Positions 14,734 to 24,894 of a stretch of DNA of 64,000 bases are shown here, piece by piece (positions within the stretch are counted from its first letter, which is position 1; every line of letters starts with the position of its first letter). A program made the position numbers and the translations under genes. The notes beneath the pieces are model-generated. The model searched no databases. It was given only the letters and a program-made list of their open reading frames with translations, and was not told where the DNA came from. The stretch lies in the NCBI RefSeq assembly GCF_051903065.1, contig NZ_CP178438.1; one strand, given 5' to 3'. The DNA comes from Escherichia coli. Its GTDB lineage: Bacteria > Pseudomonadota > Gammaproteobacteria > Enterobacterales > Enterobacteriaceae.

Positions 14734-15306
14734 TCAGAACTGGCCTGCTACGGGATACCAGGGGTTACCGGCGAGGCAACGGGCTTCCGGATCGCACACA
14801 CCACGACGATCGCGGGCGAAATCACTGAACGCCCAGATCAAATCTTTGAGGATGTCTTCGCAGTCCGGTGAACGACTGTCCAGCACCACATCCCGGGTTA
14901 TCTGTTTCTGGTACGGTGCCGCTTCCCCCGGTGACGCGAAGCCCAGTACGTTGCTCCAGGCATCCAGAATCAGCCGGTCCAGTTCGGGGCCGTCGAAATA
15001 CTCCTGTCTGACGCACAGCACCACGTGGTATTCCGGCTTTTCCGGATGACGGGTCAGGAGCCAGCAAAGGTCGCGTCCGGGTTTCGCATTCATCAGCGCA
15101 CTGACGGTTTCGATAAAATCCATACCAAACCAGGTCTGTCTGCTGTTGAAGGCGTTGTCATGTTCCCACGGCAGACGAAGCAGGATCCGCCGTATCCGTG
15201 AGCCGGACTGCTCACGCAGCGCACGCTCAAGGACGCCGATGACTTTGTTCTGATAAGATGGCCAGAAGGGTGCCAGGCTATAGTCGAAATAAGGGATAGC
15301 ATTCAT
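14734..15306 (-). CDS. YagK/YfjJ-family (inovirus Gp2-like) protein, paralog 1
   Basis: …KPEYHVVLCVRQEYFD… matches the H-x-H core of the other two paralogs; start moved to internal ATG 15306 (MNAIPYFDYSL…) with GGAG RBS. Confidence 0.55.
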   Translation of the reverse strand: MNAIPYFDYSLAPFWPSYQNKVIGVLERALREQSGSRIRRILLRLPWEHDNAFNSRQTWFGMDFIETVSALMNAKPGRDLCWLLTRHPEKPEYHVVLCVRQEYFDGPELDRLILDAWSNVLGFASPGEAAPYQKQITRDVVLDSRSPDCEDILKDLIWAFSDFARDRRGVCDPEARCLAGNPWYPVAGQF

Positions 15307-15553
15307 AAGATATGCTCCATTATGCGCAACCCACAACGCGCCCTGCCCGTGAATGAGCTGACGTGTTATGGCTTGCGGATGAGATTGATGGAATAAGTGA
15401 AGAACTGAAGCAGAACGGGAAGATAAGGGACAGAACACCGGATGCAGGTTCAGGGTGAATGATCTCCGTTGACTTCAGTTCACATCATTAATCATCGAGG
15501 TAAGTTTTTACCGACTAAGTGTTTCCGGGCCAGGAAACTCATGATTCAAACTT

Positions 15554-16120
15554 TCAGAAGTGAGGCTTACGAGGACGCCCTGCTGCAGGACGTTCAGGAA
15601 CTTCATTGCAGCCGTAGGCACACAGCCCGTCTTTTTGCTCTTCTTTCGCCAGATAATGCAGGGCACCGCGAATATTATTGATGCTTTCAGGATCGTTGTG
15701 GCGCACAGGAATGTTGATGTTGTATGTATAATGCGGCTGATATGTACAGCGGTGTGCCGAACCGCTGTTATGCGTAATAGACCGCCAGCATTCCGTAATC
15801 CGCTCCGCAAAGGGATATATTTTTTTAACCCTCTGACGATCGATCCAGAAAACCGCATGCGCATGAAAACCATGATCAACCGTCCATTCAATCACCCAGA
15901 AGAAGCCAACGATATTTTCAAATTGTTCTACCTGCTCCAGCAGCATACGCAACTGCAATTCAAGCCAGCGATGATCAGGTTGTAAGAAATCAGGCGTATC
16001 TTTCCTGTAGAAGAAATCCATGCGTAAGGCCCGCAGGCAGGAATAGCGTGCCATCATTTGATTGATGTGATTGTCAAGTAAAGCGGTAAAAAACCAGTTT
16101 GGTGTATAAGATTTAGGCAT
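15554..16120 (-). CDS. YagK/YfjJ-family (inovirus Gp2-like) protein, paralog 2
   Basis: 188-aa ORF; …DHGFHAHAVFWIDRQRVKK…; preceded by about 1 kb of AT-rich ORF-free DNA. Confidence 0.6.
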   Translation of the reverse strand: MPKSYTPNWFFTALLDNHINQMMARYSCLRALRMDFFYRKDTPDFLQPDHRWLELQLRMLLEQVEQFENIVGFFWVIEWTVDHGFHAHAVFWIDRQRVKKIYPFAERITECWRSITHNSGSAHRCTYQPHYTYNINIPVRHNDPESINNIRGALHYLAKEEQKDGLCAYGCNEVPERPAAGRPRKPHF

Positions 16121-17154
16121 GTTGATGACTCCTGAAAGTTAATGATGTTTTAAGCTCTGTGAGCGAATTAATGCTTTCGCTCATAATCAGATCTAAAACG
16201 GTAATAACTTACAGATGGTATTTATCAGGCATGCTGTAGCAGAATGAATACGACGGGTTATTAACGATACGCAGCATTATGCAGAAAGAAATGGATTATC
16301 TGATGGTATTTGCTAAAGAGATGAGATAAACGAGGAGCGAATAAAATACAGAATCAATAAACATCACGAAATACTGCAAAACACGCGATAAAAACCCACA
16401 ACCAGAAGGTTAAGAAATATATTTCGACCAATCAATCATAAACTACAAACTTGCTCTCAGTGGTTCTAAAAAAACGTGAACAAGGCCAACGCAATAAACT
16501 TATACGCCCTCATCCAATCTGTTCTTAAGGACATGAACGTTAACCGCACACATTACCAGAGTAAAAAATACCACTGGCATGATTTTTACTCTGCATCTTA
16601 AACAATACAACCCGAAACAAACATAATCAGGAATTCACTCTGTTAATTTCATTGTTTATCCTGCACTGTTAAACATGACGAAATCATGGACACCTTATCA
16701 AAGAGTAAACATTCAGTTAATCAGTGATGACAGAAGTATTGATATTTACCGGAATGGTTAAAACATATCAGATAAACAATCATTGTTAAGCAAATACAGC
16801 TCATGATGGATAAAATTAAAATAAATTATTATTTCACTGAAAACAGGAACAGAGAGTGAGTAAAGACAGGAAGTAAATAACAATAGAGATTATATCAAAA
16901 AGGGAGTGAGTATAATAATAGTAATAAACCTAAATTAAAAATATCCATGTTTTATGTAAATACAAATCTGTTTCATAATTATGTACAGAGGTTCGTTATA
17001 ACGAATCTGTAAGTAATTCAGTGTAATTGCTACCATATTAAAGGTGATCGCTCAGGTGTCAGCGCCAGCGATAATAAGACGGTCACCATTTGGATTTTCC
17101 GCTCCACCCAACATGTTGTTTCCTTAAGGTTCTCACACCAGAAATGACATCAAC

Positions 17155-17547
17155 ATGCTGAGCAGAGAGGACTTTTACATGATAAAGCAAATGCGCCAGC
17201 AGGGCGCGTACATTGTCGATATTGCGACTCAGATTGGTTGCTCTGAACGAACGGTCAGGCAATGGGTTATACGGGCGGACGTTCCATGCTGCGTTACTAC
17301 ATCCAGCCCAAACGTAAAATGCGTCCGTCAAAAAGAACAGTTCGCTTCGAAACTCAGCCTGGATACCAGCTCCAGCACGACTAGGGCGAAGTTGAGGTGG
17401 AGGTTGCCGGGCAACGGTGCAAAGTTAACTTTGCGGTTAATACGCTGGGGTTCTCCCGCCGCTTCCATGTCTTCGCCGCACCAAAACAGGATGCTGAGCA
17501 TACACCAGAGCAGGAACATCTGCAGCCGTTACCGAGTTCCGCATTAA
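17155..17547 (+). pseudogene. IS21-family istA fragment
   Basis: N-terminus MLSREDFYMIKQMRQQGAYIVDIATQIGCSERTVRQ matches IS21 IstA, then the frame decays; candidate IS21 left end TGTCAGCGCC at 17057. Confidence 0.6.
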
Positions 17548-17662
17548 GCGCCGTTTCGACAGTTAATTTCGTCAGCATACGGGAAAACTGATTGAGATCG
17601 GCCCCGGTTTTGAGGCCTTTAGCCAGTTCAGCCGCAAGGACTTTAAGCGTCTTTTCGTCCAC
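17534..17662 (-). pseudogene. IS256-family transposase N-terminal fragment
   Basis: MDEKTLKVLAAELAKGLKTGADLNQFSRMLTKLTVETALNAEL is the conserved IS256-family N-terminus; frame lost at the junction with the IS21 fragment. Confidence 0.55.
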
Positions 17663-17930
17663 AATCTACTTGTCTACGTTGTTGGAGTGAACATATCAAA
17701 AAACGGCAATTACACAATTTAAATTACAGTCTCTATGAGAACAGTTCAATTTTTTAACTCTCGTTTTCCTCCCTGGCGTTATATGCATAAGCAACTTGAA
17801 AGACCCGATGATAGTTATAATTTCAGGTTATGTCCATGACGACCAATTTGTAACTAAAACAATAAACGGTAACGCTGCCATATAAGCATCAAAAGCGAGC
17901 ATTACAGCAACATTCAACCGATTAGATGTA

Positions 17931-18371
17931 TCACTCATAATCAGAACAAGATGATGATGTGCCCTGAGATATAAGAAAATCATCAAGAGAACCTCCGGCT
18001 TTTATTGCTTCTGCAATAACAGAAGGCCGACGACCTTGTCCACTCCAGTACATTATTTGACCGTTATACTCATACCTGTACTTATTAGACTCTCCTGAAT
18101 CGTTTTTTCTGCCCGTCTGTAATTTTTTGCCAAATTCACGATACACATCTTCCGCCGTTACACCTGCGTCATCCATGTACTTTTTGATAATTGCCAAAGA
18201 ATCCTTCAACTCATTACGCTGCTCAATGGCCTTTTCAAGGTTATCCTTAACTTGATTGAAGTCTTCATCAGACATTTCCATGATCAACTTCCGGACAAGG
18301 TTGGAATTAAGAAGTGATGTACGAACAGTAGAGAGATCTTCATTCTCAACAGAAAACTTCTTCTTGCTCAT
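17931..18371 (-). CDS. H-NS-family nucleoid-associated protein (horizontally acquired paralog)
   Basis: 146 aa; C-terminal DNA-binding region …KYRYEYNGQIMYWSGQGRRPSVIAEAIKAGGSLDDFLISQ contains the H-NS TWTGQGR-type motif; N-terminal coiled-coil region. Confidence 0.8.
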   Translation of the reverse strand: MSKKKFSVENEDLSTVRTSLLNSNLVRKLIMEMSDEDFNQVKDNLEKAIEQRNELKDSLAIIKKYMDDAGVTAEDVYREFGKKLQTGRKNDSGESNKYRYEYNGQIMYWSGQGRRPSVIAEAIKAGGSLDDFLISQGTSSSCSDYE

Positions 18372-18500
18372 CTATCAATACTCTGCTTATCATTAACTTA
18401 TGATAAATCCTATCAGGTGATTTTTTATAAAAATAATGGCTACATCACAAAATGTGATACTTAATATTTACTTCATTCAAAGTGAGTGAACTTTCCCGGA

Positions 18501-19250
18501 TAGGCTAGCCCCCTGAATCTCCAGTCAACCAATATCACTTAAATAAGTGATAATCTTAATATTAGTTTTTAGACTGGTCATTGGAAAACAGATGATTGAT
18601 GCCTCAGGACCGGAGAAACTCAGACGGCATACTGCACAGGAAAAGATCGCTAATGTTCAGAAGAGCTTTGAACCAGGAATGACGGTCTCCCTCGTTGCCC
18701 GGCAACATGGTGTAGCAGCCAGTTACTTCTCTGGCGCAAGCAATACCAGGAGGGAAGTCTTACTGCGGTGACTGCTGGGGAACAGATCGTTCCTGCCTCT
18801 GAACTTGCTGCTGCCATAAGGCAGATTAAAGAACGCCAGCGCCTGCCCGGAACAAAACGATGGAAAATGAACTCATTAAAGAAGCCGTTGAATATGGACG
18901 TGCAAAAAGTGGATAGCGCACGCTCCCTTATTGCCGGGGTGATGCACTGGGCGGTCACTACCGGCGGCTTCAACAGTGAAACAGTACAGGACGTCATGCC
19001 AGGAGCGGTGGAACGCCGCTTCGGCAACGAGCTTCCGGCGTCTCCAGTGGAGTGGCTGACAGATAATGGTTCATGCTACCGGGCTAATGAAACACGCCAG
19101 TTCGCTCGGATGTTGGGACTTGAATCGAAGAACACGGCGGTGCGGAGTCCGGAGAGTAACAGAATAGCAGAGAGCTTCGTGAAAACGATAAAGCGTGACT
19201 ACATCGTGTTCATGCCCAAGCCAGATGTTAATGACGGCATTGCATAACCA
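18501..19250 (+). mobile_element. IS2 remnant (internally deleted and 3'-truncated)
   Basis: IS2 left end TAGGCTAGCCCCCTGAATCTCCAG; OrfA-like [44 protein letters not shown], frameshift, then OrfB C-terminal segment …[24 protein letters not shown]…KRDYI… with the OrfB N-terminal half missing. Confidence 0.7.
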
Positions 19251-19499
19251 TGCAGTAGCAATCGAACATTACAATGCAGCATAGTTCTAAGTTATCGCTC
19301 GCCGCAGGTATATATGCGGCAGCGGATCAGTAATGGGTTAAATGATAACAGATGTCTGGAAGTATAGGGAGAAATTCCCTGAGGGATTCCCAAAAAATTT
19401 AGTAAACCAATATCATATTGGTATACCGTTGTTGTAAAATGTTCAGCCCTGCGTCAAGTGACAAGGTGTTTAGTATGAGTGGGGAATGTCGGAACCTGT

Positions 19500-20113
19500 T
19501 TAGGATTCTGTGTAAATGCCTTTTTTCAGAAGTGACAGGCAGTCACCGAACTCGATAATAAAGCGGCTCATTGCCATACACCTGTCCTTCAACGACACCG
19601 TCCATTTCTGGGACGCAGACTGGATTGCCAGCCACACCACTTTTTTCACCGAGTCGTCTGTCGGGAACACTTTACGCTTTTTGATCGCATGGCGGATCAC
19701 ACTGTTTAGTGACTCGATGGCATTCGTCGTATAGCGCACTTTGCGAATGTCCGTCAGATAAGCGAAGAACGTGGTAAGATTCGGTCAGTTAGCCTGCCAG
19801 CTCCGACTTATCTAGTGCTTGCTAGCCTGTCTCTTCCGTGGGTGCCTGATTAAATCTCTTTCAGGTCGCGAGTGACGGCTTTGTAGTCCTTCCATGACAC
19901 GAAGCGCAGGCTGTTGCGCACCATATGCACGATGCATAACTGGATGCTGGCCTCCGGATATACTGTGTTGATGGCATCTGGAAAGCCTTTCAGGCTATCT
20001 ACACAGGTGATGAGGATATCGTTCAGACCGCGGTTTTTCAGTTCAGTCAGCACATTGAGCCAGAACTTCGACCCTGTACACGATTCTGTGTGAAACAACG
20101 GGGAGCAGGTCAT
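19500..20113 (-). pseudogene. IS256-family transposase, 5'-truncated and frameshifted
   Basis: Two pieces (…[33 protein letters not shown]…IVHMVRNS… and …RYTTNAIESLNSVIRHAIKKRKVFPTDDSVKK…) in different frames; N-terminal third absent here. Confidence 0.65.
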
Positions 20114-20127
20114 CGCTTCCCAACCCG

Positions 20128-21006
20128 TTATTTCAGCGTGCCGAACTGTTTGTCTTTCAGTGCATATAGTCGGTCGAACTCAGCATAGGGCTCTCCCGTT
20201 TCAGCCGCGTGCCGGGTTTTAGCATCCAGAAGGTCGGGTAAAGGGATCCTATGATTCAGTGAGTGGTAAAGATCATAACCACTGACACAGATAACCCGCT
20301 TCCCTTTACCAAAAGCCGTCAGGCCTTCAGGCGTAAAGCCCATCCAACTGATAAAAACACCGCGTGTCCAGGTTGCCTTGGTACTGAGCTTTCCTTCAAA
20401 TACATGGAGGTCGGCAGCCGACGTTCTTTTCTGATGCCACTTTGCCTCCATCAGGTAAAATTCATCATTCAGTCGGAAACTTCCGTCAATCTGTTCGCCT
20501 GTATTTCGGAAAGACGAACGGGGAGCAAGCTTAAAGATACTGAACAGTTCAGCAAGCCAGGCTTCAAACCGAAAACCACGTGGATGTGGCGGCAGAGATT
20601 TCATCTCGTTCATTTCAGCGATAAGTGAATGCCAGTCAACACCATGCCATGCCTGGACAGGCTTAACGCCTTTGGCTTCATCGGTGTCAGCGTTTTCTAA
20701 GCGGGAAATCAGTGCAAGATAGTCATTACGGCTTTGTTCAGCCTGTTCAGGCATGGATTCCGTTTTATACTGCCAGAGCGCACCAAGAACCCGCAGAGCG
20801 GTCTCACGATCAACCTGTTTCAGCAAGCATCTAACTCGTTTGGCTTTTGACGTCCCCTCTTTCTGATAACGTTCATCATCAATATCAATGTTCAATTCTT
20901 CATCGAAAAAAGCAGACAAGGTGCGGTTAGAGAAATCCAGTATCCAGCCAGGATCGCTCTCGAACACAATATTAAACAGCCTCAAATCCTGCATTTTCAG
21001 TTTCAC
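20128..21006 (-). CDS. Mrr-like restriction endonuclease-fold protein with unknown N-terminal domain
   Basis: 292 aa; C-terminal …[25 protein letters not shown]… is a PD-(D/E)xK (D…E-A-K) core resembling the Mrr catalytic domain; N-terminal 130 aa unassigned. Confidence 0.55.
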   Translation of the reverse strand: MKLKMQDLRLFNIVFESDPGWILDFSNRTLSAFFDEELNIDIDDERYQKEGTSKAKRVRCLLKQVDRETALRVLGALWQYKTESMPEQAEQSRNDYLALISRLENADTDEAKGVKPVQAWHGVDWHSLIAEMNEMKSLPPHPRGFRFEAWLAELFSIFKLAPRSSFRNTGEQIDGSFRLNDEFYLMEAKWHQKRTSAADLHVFEGKLSTKATWTRGVFISWMGFTPEGLTAFGKGKRVICVSGYDLYHSLNHRIPLPDLLDAKTRHAAETGEPYAEFDRLYALKDKQFGTLK

Positions 21007-21333
21007 GCCTACCTCCTTTTTTCACAGTATAACGGGATGAAAGTGGGGGAGGAAATGAGTCAGAACCTGTACACCAGCATTAGGGGATTCCGCGTCTGGT
21101 ACAAAGCAGACTATGAGAAGAGAGACGCTATAACATTTGAGTCCTACCAATCGATCTGTTCATTTCTATGAATGGCAGTAAATGCAAATAACCAGAACAA
21201 CCAAAGGTTTTTCGACTTATGTGTCACGAACGGAAGTAGATGGCAATCCATTGCATTACTTCAGGACGACTTTTCAGAAAGCGAGCTAAGGGCGTTGGCA
21301 TAAACTCAGGCATCGGATGCTGTTTTACAGGGT

Positions 21334-22065
21334 TCACCTGCCATCCAGTAGACGCCCCAGCCCACGACTGCAACCATAATTACGTTGACCAGAACCGTCA
21401 TGCTGCTTCGTCTCATACTTCACGAGATAACGGGCTCTCTCCATGGCTTTCTGCATCGCTTCCACATCACCACGCTTGACCCAGAGAACAGCGGATCCAC
21501 CAGATTTTTTGTCAGAATCCTTCCGGGTATCAGAACATCCACCAGGCACAGGCGTATCATCGGAAGAAGGGCGAGCATCAGATGATGTCGGTTTACGGAA
21601 AGGCGTCCGCCTGGAAAAATGAACCAGTCCATTACCCTGCCAGGGCTCAAGATGCAGAGCACTGCACCATGCCAGCTTGATCAGTGTCGCCAGCGAAGAA
21701 GGAACGGTGAAATCCCCTGGCGAGCACCAGGTATCTTTGTTGAGCAGTAATATCACGTGATAATGTTTCCTGCCTTTTTCCTTGCCAAACTCCCGACACC
21801 AGAAATAACGCAGAGTGGTTGCACGCACACGCTTGTTGGCACGTCGTTTTTTCCGCTGGTAAGCCTGAATTTTTGCTTTCAGGGATGCAAAAAAACGAGA
21901 AATCACCGCTGAATCTAAATCGGTATCCATGATGGTGGCAGGCATATACTCAGGGAAACGTAAATCCACCCGGATTAACGAGACGGCACGGTGTTGCGCC
22001 AGGGCACCGTTGAGAATACTTTCAAAACGGGATAACCAGTAAGCATTGTGTATTGGTTGATTCAT
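21334..22065 (-). CDS. YagK/YfjJ-family (inovirus Gp2-like) protein, paralog 3
   Basis: 243 aa; …KHYHVILLLNKDTW… core; preceded by about 1.5 kb of AT-rich ORF-free DNA. Confidence 0.6.
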   Translation of the reverse strand: MNQPIHNAYWLSRFESILNGALAQHRAVSLIRVDLRFPEYMPATIMDTDLDSAVISRFFASLKAKIQAYQRKKRRANKRVRATTLRYFWCREFGKEKGRKHYHVILLLNKDTWCSPGDFTVPSSLATLIKLAWCSALHLEPWQGNGLVHFSRRTPFRKPTSSDARPSSDDTPVPGGCSDTRKDSDKKSGGSAVLWVKRGDVEAMQKAMERARYLVKYETKQHDGSGQRNYGCSRGLGRLLDGR

Positions 22066-23579
22066 GATGAGAGATCTCCGTTGATTTGGATTGACTTCAC
22101 ATCATTAATCACCGCGGTAAAACTTTACGGCATCCGGCATTGAGCAATGCTACAACTTTCGGATTAAGAGTGATTGAAACGGAACAAACCATCCCGGAAC
22201 AAAAAGATAATTCTACACGCAGGGTAAAAACACTCAAGAACAGCGAATGGATTTAAAAACGACATGGACAACGAGAAAAGTCAGAAGGGAAAAGGATCCA
22301 CAGAACATTCAAACAAAACACCAGAAACGCAACCAGAACGCTTCCTGGTAATGCAAATCAACAACAACCCCAAAACCTACAGCTTAATCACACAACTCAA
22401 TCACGGATGCGAATGACACGTTTAAAACCTGTTTACAGATAACGCCGTTACACGATCATCCCCATCAGAATCGATTTTCCCTTCCTGAAAGCGTTACGTT
22501 TCACTACGCACCATAAAAACGATTAACCATCGATAACGTAAACTTCATCTGAATCAAAACACCAAAACCGTTCATCACACTTTCGCAATGCAAGAAGAGT
22601 CACATCATGACGAAAACAATGACCTTACACGGAAAAGAAAACGTCAGGAATCGTTAATGCCTCAATCTGATTGTTATCAAAACATCCAGAAAGTCGTTTA
22701 ACAGAATCGTCGTAAGCACATCGAAAAGAACGTCAGATTACTTCAGGAAAGTTCGGGTTGATTTAGCGTAAAGATACTTTTCTCATGCTAACGTCGAAAC
22801 TCGAAATATCAGGAAAGGTTAAACGTAACATCAGTAAAATCGAATAGCAGATTGATTGCTGAAGCAGAAAGGTTTTACAGCAGCATTAAACTGATTTTAG
22901 CTAACGTAAAGATTTACTAAACTGGATGTATTTCAGACAAAGCAATGTGTACAGCAATGCTTAACGAAAACACTTGTAGAAGTGTTTATGAAAATACGTG
23001 TATAACACTTACTGAAATGCTTAGTAAAAATACGTGTATATAGTATCATACCGACATTCTCAACTCTTCCAAACATCCATGCAGACTGAATGTTGATTAC
23101 CCGTTTTCACATCAGGCATGGTTCTTTACTGACCAAAAAACAAACTGGTTTACTCTTGAATTATTTTCTCTACCTCAGAAAACATGGTCTCAGGAATCTG
23201 TTATGGCTTCGTAGTTTCTGTTGTTCTTTTCATAAAAGTTATAAGTTATTGTCATAATCATACGATAATCACTTTATGTTAGTTTTTACTGTTACACGCT
23301 ACTGACTTTTTCAGTCATTGCCAGAAAGGGGCTCTTTTTACTTCCATTTCACCACTCAACAAATGCAAAACTCGTCCAGTAAAGCGGACCACCACTTGCT
23401 CACAAGCAACGAATCGTCTCCAGGAACAGCCCTCAAACATTGCAGAAACAAAAACAACAAAACCCTCATTATCACTGATGTTCGGAAAATTTCCATGACC
23501 CAAAAAACGAAATTTAAATGAGACGCATTATCATGCGTGTGATCAAAAAGACGTTATGGTAGCTTTCAGTTAAATGGTG

Positions 23580-24710
23580 CTATTTCTCATAAATCCACTT
23601 AACTTTTTTTACTGATTCATCCCAGAGAACCACTTTATCAGTAAAAAATGAATTATATAGATTGACGAGTTTTTCTGTTTCAGTTATTCCCAATGCATTA
23701 TGTATCAGTTGTAGATATGCTTTTATCCAGATTTCTTTACCCTCCCTCCACTTATCTATAAAAATTTCCAACTTACTTAATCGTTGATTTATAAAAAATG
23801 AATCAATATCATGAAAAAACTCAACAAGAAAACAGCACGAGATAATCTCAACAAAAAACAAATTCTCCTTAAAAGCATTATAAAACTTTATCAACACATA
23901 ACGAAAAACACCTCCTGTTAACCTTTCCTGTTCATAAAACAACAAGCCAAAAATAGGCGGAAATCTTTTAACCACACCACTTTTAATCCAGTAAGGATGA
24001 TGATTAGTCTTTACTGGCAGTGAATAAAAGAACAATTCGGTTTCTCTTTTCCCACCACAAACAGACAAAACAGTCTTATAAAGACTTTTTGAATCACTAT
24101 ATCCTGACACTCCAGACGAATTAGCAGGGTATTTTCTTTTTACTTTTTGCCTTAATGGAGCTGGAAGAATAATAAAACGGGATGGTAGATAACAATCGCT
24201 TTCAGAAGACCTGCATTCGCACACATGAAGATTTATATTTACATCCGGACAATTCAAAAACCACACAGAATAATTATCGCTCCGTTTGCAATATGAAACC
24301 CATGAATAAATTGCATAAAGTTCAGAAAGTACATCTAACTCTGCTTTTGATTTAAATGTGATACCGTTTCTTCGAATTCTCGTTTCCAGCGTTCTCCATG
24401 CCGGAGTTTTCAGTATCTCACGAACTTTTTTATTAAGTTCAACCAGCGATGGTCCCTGCTCCTGTTTATGTTTCTTCCTGCTGTTAATGATTTCTCTTTC
24501 TTTTACTAATTTTTTCTTACTTTTGGGTCCTTTTATCTTTCTTGGCAATGCTTCATTTAATCTGTGAACAGGATTTTGCTCTCTTCTTTTTTTGAGCTCA
24601 CAAAACCTCTCATAATGTTTTCTGCACAGTCTTTTCTCCACTGCCATTTTTACTGAGAAAACCTGATTGTTACAATTTTTTCTGACGCATTTGTTTTTAC
24701 GTCCGGTCAT
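23580..24710 (-). CDS. Hypothetical low-GC protein with N-terminal Cys cluster
   Basis: 376 aa, Lys-rich; N-terminal CVRKNCNNQ…CRKHYERFC suggests a zinc ribbon; no homolog recognised. Confidence 0.5.
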   Translation of the reverse strand: MTGRKNKCVRKNCNNQVFSVKMAVEKRLCRKHYERFCELKKRREQNPVHRLNEALPRKIKGPKSKKKLVKEREIINSRKKHKQEQGPSLVELNKKVREILKTPAWRTLETRIRRNGITFKSKAELDVLSELYAIYSWVSYCKRSDNYSVWFLNCPDVNINLHVCECRSSESDCYLPSRFIILPAPLRQKVKRKYPANSSGVSGYSDSKSLYKTVLSVCGGKRETELFFYSLPVKTNHHPYWIKSGVVKRFPPIFGLLFYEQERLTGGVFRYVLIKFYNAFKENLFFVEIISCCFLVEFFHDIDSFFINQRLSKLEIFIDKWREGKEIWIKAYLQLIHNALGITETEKLVNLYNSFFTDKVVLWDESVKKVKWIYEK

Positions 24711-24894
24711 CCTCTCATCTCCTGAAACCGCAGTATGTCATTAGTTCCCGTTCTGAAAAACTCACTTCATACTCCATTACACTTTAACAATAATATCCGT
24801 AATTCAGACATTCCATCATTTTTCACGTCCATATTACCTGAATGATAAACCGGATTAGTGTGATCCGGTTCAGTGAAATCAACAGGATACCGGT

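Noticed and set aside
17083-17519. Short ORFs overlapping the IS21 fragment on both strands
   Set aside because: They fall within a decayed IS21 istA remnant and are frame fragments or antisense artefacts.
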